Shown in pieces: positions 20,741 to 30,600 of a stretch of 64,000 nt of DNA. The notes below the pieces were generated by a model. The model had not been told where the DNA came from and did no database searches. It saw nothing but the letters and a program-made list of their open reading frames with translations. The first letter of the stretch is position 1, and the number at the start of each line of letters is the position of its first letter. Source of the DNA: an uncultured delta proteobacterium (GTDB taxonomy: Bacteria > Desulfobacterota > Binatia > Bin18); contig CAVTCR010000070.1 of the NCBI GenBank assembly GCA_963733195.1, positions 32,001 to 96,000 on the forward strand, in the 5' to 3' direction. Both the position numbers and the translations under genes were made by a program.

Positions 20741-22438
20741 TTAATGACTCAATTCTTCAATCAGCGCCTTCGTCTCTTGCAAATCTTTCGTCTCGAACCC
20801 CTCAGTAAACCAGTTGTAGACCTCGGACAACAGCTTGTGAGCTTTGGTCCGCTTCCCTTGTTGTTGCCAGAGACGTGCGAGGCTCGCGGTGGCACGGAGT
20901 TCCCAAGATTTAGCTTGTTGCTTCTGGGCGATGTCGATCGCTTTGAGGAAGCAGACTTCGGCCTCGGATTGGGTTTTGGGATTTAGGATCGGGGGTCTAG
21001 AATCTGAAATTTTTGATTTCTGACTTTTACCCTTTGACCATTCGACTACGCTCACCTGTGCCTGCGGCACTGGCGCAGGCAGGATAAACTCCGGCAACGA
21101 AGCAATCTCTGTTTCAGGCAAAGATTGCTTCACTACACTCGCAATAACTTGCTCCTTTGAGTTTTTGGATAGTCCGTAAGTTCTATTCCGACGCCCCAAA
21201 GCAAGCTCCAGCTTTTCCAGCTTCTCTTCAGGACTATCGCTATTCTGGAATCCGAGCCTGTACTGCATGTGTTCAATCACCGGATACAGAGCACTGTTTT
21301 GGTGATACGGCGAATAGTGCAATTCCAGGCAGCTCGTACGCTCTTGCGTGAGAGATTCTTTGAGCGCCTCGACCAGCCGTGATTTGCCAATGCCTGGCTC
21401 GCCGCTGAGCAGTACGACTTGCCCTGCACCATCTTTTACCTGTGTCCAGCGCTCTTGTAAGAGTCCGTACTCATGTTCGCGCCCGACCAGCGGCGTGAGC
21501 CCTTTGCGTGCGATGACCTGAAACCGACTGTGAGCTTCGCCCTCTTTGACTACACGATAGAGCGTCAGCGGGGTCGAGATCCCTTTCAGTTCTGGACTGC
21601 CCCGGTCTTCGCACTCAATCAACCCTTCGACCAGGCGATACGTGGTTGTGCTGATCACTACTTCATCGGGATTGGCCATTCCTTGCACCCGAGCGGCGAT
21701 GTTCGGCGTCTCGCCCAGTGCGAGCTGCTCATGACGGCTGCCTCCGCCGATCTCTCCAATCACGACTAACCCGGTATGAATGCCGATGCGAACTTGCAAG
21801 AGTGGTGTAAGCGCGGGGTCTGTAGGGGCACGGCGCCGCCTTGCCCCTACGGTGGCCTGTATCTGATCGTTCAGGCGTGGCAATTCTGCGAAGATCTCTA
21901 ACCCCGTTCGCACCGCCCGTCGCGCGTCATCTTCATGCGCAACTGGGTAACCGAAGTACACCAACAATCCATCGCCCAGATACTGCGCAAGGTAACCCTC
22001 ATGCCGCTGGATGACCTGGGCACAAGTTTGCTGATACCGTTGCACGACGGTCCGGTAGTCTTCGGGATCAAGTTGTGTTGACAGCGCTGTTGAGCCCACT
22101 AGATCACAGAACATTACCGTGAGTTGGCGGCGTTCGGCGGCTGGGGACTGGGTGTTAGGTGTTGGGTGTTGGGGACTGAGAACTGACAACTGAGAACTGA
22201 CGACTTCCTTTTCGCCTTTTGCCCCTTTCCCCTTTTCGCCCTCTTCTGCCGTCCCCACCAAAACCAGTACCTTGCCGTTTTCATCAGTAGCAAGGCGCTT
22301 GGCGTCGATGAGTTCGTCTTTCAGGGCGTCGAGTACGTCATCGTTCAGATTGAATTCGAGCTTGAGGGCACGGTAGGAGACGCGCCCCTCGCGCTGAAGC
22401 CAAGCCATCGTTTGCGCTACGACTTGTGAAAATTTCAT
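20741..22438 (-). CDS. Class III adenylate cyclase-AAA ATPase-TPR protein with a large internal deletion
   Basis: ERRQLTVMFCDLVGST, YLGDG, GETPNIAARVQ, GEPGIGKSRL, then jumps to the terminal KSWELRATASLARLW...WFTEGFET. Confidence 0.8.
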   Translation of the reverse strand: MKFSQVVAQTMAWLQREGRVSYRALKLEFNLNDDVLDALKDELIDAKRLATDENGKVLVLVGTAEEGEKGKGAKGEKEVVSSQLSVLSPQHPTPNTQSPAAERRQLTVMFCDLVGSTALSTQLDPEDYRTVVQRYQQTCAQVIQRHEGYLAQYLGDGLLVYFGYPVAHEDDARRAVRTGLEIFAELPRLNDQIQATVGARRRRAPTDPALTPLLQVRIGIHTGLVVIGEIGGGSRHEQLALGETPNIAARVQGMANPDEVVISTTTYRLVEGLIECEDRGSPELKGISTPLTLYRVVKEGEAHSRFQVIARKGLTPLVGREHEYGLLQERWTQVKDGAGQVVLLSGEPGIGKSRLVEALKESLTQERTSCLELHYSPYHQNSALYPVIEHMQYRLGFQNSDSPEEKLEKLELALGRRNRTYGLSKNSKEQVIASVVKQSLPETEIASLPEFILPAPVPQAQVSVVEWSKGKSQKSKISDSRPPILNPKTQSEAEVCFLKAIDIAQKQQAKSWELRATASLARLWQQQGKRTKAHKLLSEVYNWFTEGFETKDLQETKALIEELSH

Positions 22439-22533
22439 GACTGCTCTCAGTCTGCGGAAGTTGTTCCACCCTGAGATGTGTTCTCGGTAGGAACATAGTG
22501 CCGCCGTGCCCCTACCAAATTGAAACTGCGCGA

Positions 22534-23442
22534 CTATCGAAACGCGGCGAACAATTCCTCGAAGGCAACCATTTGATTACCATGGGCTGATGAGGGCACA
22601 AGAATGAGCGTGTTTACGCCAGCGTCGTACCACGCTTCGATTCCTTCGCGTACCTCTTTTGCCGAGCCATACAAAGTGACTTGCGACAACCAGCGGTCAG
22701 ACAACAGTTGCGGAATTTTCTCTTCTTCTTTGTTGGCGATGGCTTTACGAACGGCCATCATCTCTTCTTCAAAGCCGGCTTCGATCCAGTACTGTTGATA
22801 ATTGGGCAGGCGTACGTAACTAGAGAGTGTACGACGATTTACCGCTGCCGCGGCTGCTTTGTCATCGTCAATGCAGGTCGGCACCATATTGCCAATCATA
22901 AATTTGGAATTGTTGCGTTTCTCTGCTGGCAAGGCAGTAATGGAATCGGCCATGTGTGAACGTGCGGCGTTGGCCCACAAGGCACCCTGTGCGATTTCAC
23001 CAGCCAGACGAACCATAGGTTTACGAAGTGTTGCCAGCACGATTGGCGGCAACATGTCGATATTAGGTACACTCTTTTTCACTTCGCCGATGAAGTTGCG
23101 AATATCGCCAAGCGGTTTTCCTGCCTGGAGTCCAAGCCGTTGGTGAATCGGTCCGTGACTGACGCCAATGCCAAATTGAAACCGGCCACCTGATAACTCA
23201 TGAATAAACGACGCCGTCTGCGCATAATCAAATGGATGGCGCGTATAAATGTTGGTGATAGCTGTGCCGAACGGAATCTCTTTCGTCGTTTGCGCCAATA
23301 ACGCACACCACGTCATGTTATCGATAACGCTAGGGCAATAGATACCGCTGAATCCGGCACGTTCAACTTGTTGCGCGAGTTCGATGGTTACTCTCCGCCG
23401 TCCAGGCATGGGAGCGACACTTACGGCAGGTTTCTTGGTCAT
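22534..23442 (-). CDS. LLM-class flavin/F420-dependent oxidoreductase
   Basis: FGTAITNIYTRHP, LSGGRFQFGIGVSH; RBS aaggag. Confidence 0.85.
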   Translation of the reverse strand: MTKKPAVSVAPMPGRRRVTIELAQQVERAGFSGIYCPSVIDNMTWCALLAQTTKEIPFGTAITNIYTRHPFDYAQTASFIHELSGGRFQFGIGVSHGPIHQRLGLQAGKPLGDIRNFIGEVKKSVPNIDMLPPIVLATLRKPMVRLAGEIAQGALWANAARSHMADSITALPAEKRNNSKFMIGNMVPTCIDDDKAAAAAVNRRTLSSYVRLPNYQQYWIEAGFEEEMMAVRKAIANKEEEKIPQLLSDRWLSQVTLYGSAKEVREGIEAWYDAGVNTLILVPSSAHGNQMVAFEELFAAFR

Positions 23443-23549
23443 GTGGGTCTCCTTACTCATCAAAAAGGCGGTCTTTATTCGAGGCGGGGTCCAGCGGGAT
23501 TCTGTACAAAACTTTTCCTGGGAGCGGAAGGTCTGGCAAGACAATGTCC

Positions 23550-24956
23550 TTATTGAGATCTAGTGGTGGAGTCCCGCCTGGTGAGTGGTCCCAGGGTCTC
23601 CTCCAATCGGTTGTTCTTGAGCTTAGGAGACTGAGAGGGTGCCACCAATCTGTCTTTTGCTTTCCCTTGTCCCTTCGTCAAATTTCGGCGTTCCTTTCCG
23701 CTAGGGTCACGTTTAGTTACAGGAACTGGAGGGGCTAACTCCAGAGCGGGTGGTCGGTTCTCAACCAAAGAGAACGAAATAGGAGTTGCCTCTATACCTG
23801 GGGCTGCCTGTGCAACCATATTATTATTGCGAAAAAGGTGGGTGAGATTTGGAAGTATAGTGCTCCAGCCGTTTGTGATTCCGTGTTGAGAGGAGAACAA
23901 GAGAAGTGTGGCCGCAACCGCACCAACGCTAGCTGCCCAGAGCTTCTGTGAGTTCGGTAGTAGGACTGCACGTTGGGGGGGGATCGGTGGGCGTGTAAGC
24001 TGTATGCGCGCAACTGGGCGGTTCATCATTGGCAGCGTACGAAACTCACCTATAACCTCTAACATCAAAGGGCCTGAAATTGGCTTTTGTCGTCGTGTAG
24101 CTCCTGTCCGTAAAGCAGCATTTGCAAGGGTATTGAGGTACTGTGGGTTTCCTTTTCCGTGACGGGCCAAGAGACGAAGAGCTTCAACCGAAAATATGGG
24201 AGATGTAGAACGTGACCCATGTTTTGCTCGTAGCCGCGCGAGGAGGTAGACAAAACTCTCTTCGAATGACAGTGACGTGAGCTCACCATGTACGGCGATT
24301 CGCTGCTTGAGTAGCTGCAATTGCGGCATTTCGAGTTTAAGCGAAAGTGTGGCATTGCCGACGAAGATCGTCTGTAAGAGTTTCCCTTCCGGGGTTTCGA
24401 GTAGAGACAGCCAGTGAAAATCCTCTATTGCTTTGACTGGCAAATGATGAGCCTTGTCAATCACAAGGACAACCGCACCCCCCTGTTGGGTTTGATTAGT
24501 AAGCAGTGCCTCATAGAGTGCGCGCATAAGCGGCGCAATCTCCTCTAAGGGTGCTATAGGATGAGCCGGTTTTTCCGGTGTTGTAGAGGCATTCGGGAGA
24601 GGGTTCTGCTGTTCTACTGTTCTGCCTAGCTCACAAATCACCGTTTTGAGTAGCATCGGGAAAGATAATTTCTCGGACGACACCGATATCACTTTTAACT
24701 TTTGTGCGGCCAAGCCATCCAAAACGGCGCGAACAAAGGTTGTTTTGCCGCTTCCTTCCTCGCCAGTCAGTACCAACATTCCTTGTCGCTCGACAAGGGC
24801 ACGACGAAATAGTGTGGCAAGATCCTGGCGTTTTGCTGTCCAGAACATCGATAACGAATCTGTATCTCCAAAAGGGGTTTGGCGGAGGCCAAAGAAGTTA
24901 AGATTCATGATCGGGTACCACCTCTCGGCGTGACTCTCGTCTATAAGCAAAGTCAC
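23550..24956 (-). CDS. ExeA/GspA-like AAA ATPase with C-terminal TM
   Basis: FFGLRQTPF, GEEGSGKT, LKQRI, GNP; start probably MNLNFFG. Confidence 0.75.
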   Translation of the reverse strand: MTLLIDESHAERWYPIMNLNFFGLRQTPFGDTDSLSMFWTAKRQDLATLFRRALVERQGMLVLTGEEGSGKTTFVRAVLDGLAAQKLKVISVSSEKLSFPMLLKTVICELGRTVEQQNPLPNASTTPEKPAHPIAPLEEIAPLMRALYEALLTNQTQQGGAVVLVIDKAHHLPVKAIEDFHWLSLLETPEGKLLQTIFVGNATLSLKLEMPQLQLLKQRIAVHGELTSLSFEESFVYLLARLRAKHGSRSTSPIFSVEALRLLARHGKGNPQYLNTLANAALRTGATRRQKPISGPLMLEVIGEFRTLPMMNRPVARIQLTRPPIPPQRAVLLPNSQKLWAASVGAVAATLLLFSSQHGITNGWSTILPNLTHLFRNNNMVAQAAPGIEATPISFSLVENRPPALELAPPVPVTKRDPSGKERRNLTKGQGKAKDRLVAPSQSPKLKNNRLEETLGPLTRRDSTTRSQ

Positions 24957-26155
24957 AAACTTGGTTCGGTTTGGCGTCCTCTCAACTCGGGAGCAGCAAG
25001 GGCTTGGGTTGCCTGTTCTACTGTGAGGCGAGCAAATACTAGCGTCCCGATCATCCCTACCGCAGCGCCAAAGACAAAAAGAAAACGGAGTCCAAAGAAT
25101 TCTGCTAACGTTCCTGCCAGTACTGGTCCTAACATCATACCAACACTCATTGCCATATTCAGCACCCCCATAACCGAGGCCATGCCACTACTCTGTCCTT
25201 CATCTGCAGCCAGCGCAGTAAGCGCGGGCATCGCCACTGCCCCCAACGCTCCGGTAAGCGTGCCAATAAGAAGGAGATGCACAAATCCTTGTGCATAACA
25301 CACAGTCAGAAACGCGATCGACCCTAGATAACCACCGAGAGAGACCAAGAAACGGCGACTCATGCGGTCGGCCCAGCGGCCAGCCGGAACCTGTACGAGA
25401 GAGCTAACCAACATGTGGACGGCAATTACGGTCCCAATCTGTGATTTGCTCAGCGAGAGAACCTCAGATGCCAGCAGGGGAAGAAACGAGAACCACAGTC
25501 CCATTTGAATCGAGTTGACCATACGGTACAGTGCTAATCCTTTTACTTTTGGCCGTTGCAAAAGTTCACGATACGACATTGGCTGTGCCTTGGTTTGTGC
25601 ATCACTATGCGACTCTGGGAGGAAAAAAAGTACCGCGAAAAATGCAAGAACAGTGAGCCCACCCATCCAGTAGAAGCTCGCAGCCATCCCGTAACGATCG
25701 CTGATCCAGCCTCCAGCCAGAGGTCCCATGCCAAAACTACTAGTGAGAAATAAGTTAAAAATCCCCATGTATTTCCCACGTTGTTGTGGTGGAACTAAGT
25801 CGCCGACATACGCTGTGGCGATGGGCAGTACCAAGGCCATAAGGCCACCTTGAATGAAACGCCCGACAATCAGATAGCCGATCGTCGGCGCGTACACGTA
25901 CCACAGTGAGAGTATGCTGCTCAGGAGCAATCCAATAGCGATGAACCACTTACGTCCATATTGATCTGACCAGCGACTAATAAGTGGCATGAAGAGCATC
26001 TGCGCCAGCGGAAAGCTGGCAAAGAATACGCCGATGGTGATGGCGGTCGCCCCGAGCGTCTTGGCATAGATCGGCATGAAGGGGATAACAATGCCAATCC
26101 CTAGCATGCCGGTAAACACGGCAAAGTTCAGAATGTAAAACGCTTGGTAATTCAC
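24953..26155 (-). CDS. MFS transporter (DHA1-like)
   Basis: About 12 TMs; SRWSDQYGRK and GRWADRMSRR motif A. Confidence 0.9.
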   Translation of the reverse strand: MNYQAFYILNFAVFTGMLGIGIVIPFMPIYAKTLGATAITIGVFFASFPLAQMLFMPLISRWSDQYGRKWFIAIGLLLSSILSLWYVYAPTIGYLIVGRFIQGGLMALVLPIATAYVGDLVPPQQRGKYMGIFNLFLTSSFGMGPLAGGWISDRYGMAASFYWMGGLTVLAFFAVLFFLPESHSDAQTKAQPMSYRELLQRPKVKGLALYRMVNSIQMGLWFSFLPLLASEVLSLSKSQIGTVIAVHMLVSSLVQVPAGRWADRMSRRFLVSLGGYLGSIAFLTVCYAQGFVHLLLIGTLTGALGAVAMPALTALAADEGQSSGMASVMGVLNMAMSVGMMLGPVLAGTLAEFFGLRFLFVFGAAVGMIGTLVFARLTVEQATQALAAPELRGRQTEPSL

Positions 26156-26326
26156 AATATTTTTATGCTAATCCAGAAGCTACCTACTATACAAGAGAAA
26201 AAGAGGCTTGTCGCTGAGCTTCCCAGGCGTGTGCGATTTCTGCTAGATAAGGAGGGCAAAGCAATTCGCGAAAATTTGAGACAATTGGCCACGCACGCGT
26301 GACGCTATTACAGGGAGGACGATCTC

Positions 26327-27475
26327 ATGTTTAATCATCCGGTGATTTCCGCTGATGGACATATTGATTTACCGTGGCTGCCACCAACACTTTTTGTTGA
26401 TAACGCTTCGGCTGTGCTGAAAGACAAAATGCCAAAGGTCGTTGATGCTCCCGAAGGTAAAATGTGGGTTGCTCATAACGGGACCAACCTCGGACTCGCA
26501 GGAGGGATGGGGTCGGCTGGGAGGCCGTATGTTCCTGGCCAGATTTATCGTTCGGACCGCATGGCGTCAGAAGGGCTGTACGATGACTACAAGCGTGGCA
26601 TCTTTCGGACGTCCGATCCGAAATACCGCCTGCTCGATCAAGACCGCGATGGCGTTGTCGGTGAGGTACTCTACGGCATCCTTGGTGCCTCTTTTCGTTT
26701 GCAAGATCCCGAGATCGTTGAGATGGTCGTACGCATCTACAACGATTTCGCCGCAAGCTTTAGCAAAGCCTGCCCTGAACGATTGGCAACGATTGCCTGT
26801 CTACCGACCTTTTCTCCAGGGAAAGCTGCCGAAGAGCTCCGGCGTTGTGCCAAGCTCGGACTGAAGGGTGCAGAGATTCCCATTTCTCCGGGGATGATGC
26901 CGCTGTGGCATGAAGACTGGAACCCCTTGTGGGAAGCGGCACATGAGTGTCGTATTCCCATCCACTTTCATACCATCGGTCCCAAGCAGGACATGAGTTG
27001 GTTAACCAATCATCGTGCTCGTCGGTTATGGTTGGCGACATTACTCGCAGGATTCCAGATGTCTATGGTCGAAGCGATGGCTGCGATCATCTACAGCGGT
27101 GCGCTTGAACGTTTGCCGCAACTAAAAATTGTCATCGGCGAAGCAGGAATCGGCTGGATACCGTACGTGCTCGAACGGCTTGATTATGAGTGGGAAGATC
27201 AATTCAAGGATCTGGAATTGAAGATGAAGCCTAGCGAATACTGGTATCGGCAAATGTATGCAACCTATCAACAAGACCAAGCCGGAATCGACCAAATCGA
27301 GAAAGTAGGCGTGAATAACGTCATGTGGGGATCCGACTTTCCTCACCCTGACGGAGTGTGGCCGGATTCGCAAGAATTCTTGCAAACACAACTCGGCCAA
27401 ATGCCAGAAGCGATACGGCGGAAAATTGTCTACGAGAATGTGGCAAAGTTGTATGGGTTTCCGATGAGGCTGTAA
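26327..27475 (+). CDS. Amidohydrolase_2 family protein
   Basis: ISADGH, IHFH, WGSDFPHPD. Confidence 0.9.
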   Translation: MFNHPVISADGHIDLPWLPPTLFVDNASAVLKDKMPKVVDAPEGKMWVAHNGTNLGLAGGMGSAGRPYVPGQIYRSDRMASEGLYDDYKRGIFRTSDPKYRLLDQDRDGVVGEVLYGILGASFRLQDPEIVEMVVRIYNDFAASFSKACPERLATIACLPTFSPGKAAEELRRCAKLGLKGAEIPISPGMMPLWHEDWNPLWEAAHECRIPIHFHTIGPKQDMSWLTNHRARRLWLATLLAGFQMSMVEAMAAIIYSGALERLPQLKIVIGEAGIGWIPYVLERLDYEWEDQFKDLELKMKPSEYWYRQMYATYQQDQAGIDQIEKVGVNNVMWGSDFPHPDGVWPDSQEFLQTQLGQMPEAIRRKIVYENVAKLYGFPMRL

Positions 27476-27630
27476 AAGATACCGCCTGCGATGAGACAAA
27501 ACTAGTAGTGACAGAAACTCAATTGAGCAGAAAGTGGTAGAGCCCGATGGGGAATCCGGGCTTACTGTTCTGGGATATTGCTGTGCCCCTGCTAGACTAC
27601 GGAATCTGTGCGCAAGAAGTATAGAATCTC

Positions 27631-30600
27631 TTACGACGCAATGGCTCGTTCTAATTTCCTCGGCGTTCTTGCCGCATTTGCGACGACGGAAAGCAAGCGC
27701 TGAATTTCACTCTCTCGGTTTTTGAACCAATCTGTTGACCAGATGCGGTGAATTTTCCAACCTTTCGCTTCGAGTATTTCTTGTCGCAACCGATCGCGGT
27801 CGCGCACTGATTTTGCGCTGTGGTAGGTTGCGCCGTCACATTCGATACCGAGTATGTACGTTCCTGCGTCCTGTGGATCTTTCACTCCAATATCAATGAA
27901 AAAGCCCGCCACGCCTACTTGGGCCTCGACCTGGTATCCGTGCGAGATCAGCAGGGTAGCTACGTCAATCTCGAAGTCGCTGTCAGGAGACCGGCCCGAA
28001 TCAAGTCCAATCTCTACAATCTGTCCCGTCTCTGCGAAGGCGAGATAGTTACGGAAAGCAACTACTCCTCGCGACGGATTTTCTCCAAGTACAATGTCGC
28101 TTGGCTTGAGCGAAGTAAACAGCTCAATTCTCCGACGCGCGCGTGTGAAGAGTACGTTCAGTCGTCGCCAACCTTTGTCTCTCGCAATTGGTCCAAAGCG
28201 TTGATAGACACGCTGTGTTTCTGGATCGCGCCCGTAAGTTGTTGAAATGAATATGACCTCTCGCTCATCGCCTTGGACGTTTTCAAGGTTCTTGACGAAG
28301 AACGGTTCGTCCCGTTCCTCCTGCTGTCGTAACGCTACATCAAACCTTCCATCTGCCTTCTGTAAGCGTTCAATCTCTGCCAGGATCAGATCTCGTTGCT
28401 GAGAATTCATTGTCGCGACACCAAGGGATACCTCAGGTTGCTCACTGAGGTGAGTGCGAACTGCCTGTGCTACTTGTAATGCTTCCACGAAATTACGTGA
28501 GTTCTTGTACGTCGCGTTTTCAATCCAGTGGACCTGAACGCCAAACTCATGATGCTGAGCATAAGGAGAGGGAAAGAGCAGTAGCTCGTTGTTGTAAAAC
28601 TGACTGTTAGAAAACGCAATTAAAGAAGGATGCTGCGAACGGTAGTGCCAGAGAAGGGTGCGATTTGCAAACGTGCGCTGGGCAATCTCTAGGATGGACT
28701 CTGTTTCCTCTGCGGCGATGCGTTCCCCGTCGTCCTCTTCTCCATCGGAGAGCTGCTCAAAGAACGTCGTCGGGGGAAGTTGCTTCGGGTCACCGACAAT
28801 GACAACTTGTTTTCCTCGCAGAATAGCACCAAGGGCATCCTCGGGTTTCACTTGTGAGGCTTCATCCATCAGCACCAGATCGAACTCGATCTGGCCCGGC
28901 GGCAGATATTGGGCAACGGAAAGTGGACTCATCATAAAGCAGGGCTTAATCGCCTGGAGTGCTTTTCCGGCCCGACGCACCAATTGTCGAATAGGAATGT
29001 GTCTGGTTTTCTTGGACAGCTCGTTCTCAATCAGACCGCGGTTTGTCAACGTACGTACCGGGCCTGTCCCGATCCCAGCCGGGATCGGTCGTTTTGCGAT
29101 GTTGCTTGCGATGTACTGACCACGAAGACCATTGAGTTCACGATCAATGCGCTGAAACTCACGAATCGTTCGCTCGTACGCCACTCGGGTAAAATTGGCA
29201 AGCTCTGGATTTGCCTGCACTGCTTGTCGTGCAATTGCTTCATAGGCCAATGCACGGAAATATGAGGCAACCCTTTCAGGGGAGAGACTGCGCTTTCGTA
29301 TCAGCCTCAACAGATCTGTATGTCCATAATCTTGAAGACGCGCAGTGACTCGGCAGAATTCGCTCCAACGATTGAGAGACGCGGTTGTCGCAAGACACCT
29401 TTCGCAGGCATGGATAATGTCTTGGAAAGTATAGCTCGTTTCCTCCTTTGCTATCCAATTTGCAAGGTCGACTCCGCCCCAACGCTCCAGTTGTTGGAGT
29501 GACTCTTCCAAGACGGAAACAAACCTCTTCGTTGTGTTTGCAATATCACCTACCTCGTGTGTCCTTGGTCCTGCTGGCCCCGAAACAAACCACGAGAGGA
29601 GAGCAGGTTCAATTTGCATCGCCTGAATACTGGTGAGCCAGCTAAGCGCTTGTATGAGAGAGGATGTATCTGTATCGAGACCTTGCCAATAGGGTCCTAA
29701 CACCGCAGGTAAATCTTGCATCGCCTCAAGCTCCTGCTTCATATCGAGAAGCTTTCGCATGGCTGTGGTAGCAATACTGACTTGCTCTACGGTTGTTGGG
29801 CGAGGAAGCTGCGCTCTTCTCAATATCGGTAATGTCTCTTCAAGCAAGCGGGCTTGCTCTAGGAGAAGCTGTTGGATCAATGCAAGGGGAGATTCACTAT
29901 GAGTTCCTAACCCGCACTCTGCTAGTCTTTCCCGTAAGACTGTAATTGGTTGAGGCAACTGGCCTCTGAGACGGCTGACTTTTGTTGCTGTTGTTTCTCT
30001 GTTTGCGAGGAGGTCTTGAGAGAGAAAGGAGTCTTCTATCGTTTGCGTGAACTTTCCTGCCCATGAAACGGCAGAGCGAAGAGCGGGCCAGTCAGTGTCT
30101 ACACCTTTGAAGGCAGTTCCCAGGGCAGCTTTCATGCTTGTGTCCTCCGCGAACCGCCTTACTTCATCGAGAAGACCTGCCAGTTCCTCAAGACGACCAG
30201 CAAGAGCACGATCCTGAACTTCTTTAGGGTTACGAAGAACAGGCAGAAGTTCTTTGCGTAGAGCGCGATATTCACTGCGCAATCGGCCAAACCACTGTGT
30301 ATGGATGATCTGCAATCGCTTTGCCATGAGGCGCAACTTTTGTGGCCCCGGAACGAATTCGGTATCAAATTTTTTCTGCATTTCGCGAAGCCTTGACGCT
30401 AACTTCTGCGAGGTCTCTTCTGCCTGATTGAGTTTCTGTATAGCGTCCGGGCGTAGCCAAGCGGATTCAAAAGCGTGTTCGACCAGTGCTGGCATTTTTT
30501 CACAGAGTTCTGCTAGGGCTAGCAACTTCTCAAAGTCATGCAGGTACGATGGCTCAGTGCCCAATACCTCCTGGGCTGCTGCACGACAAGATAGTAAGCG

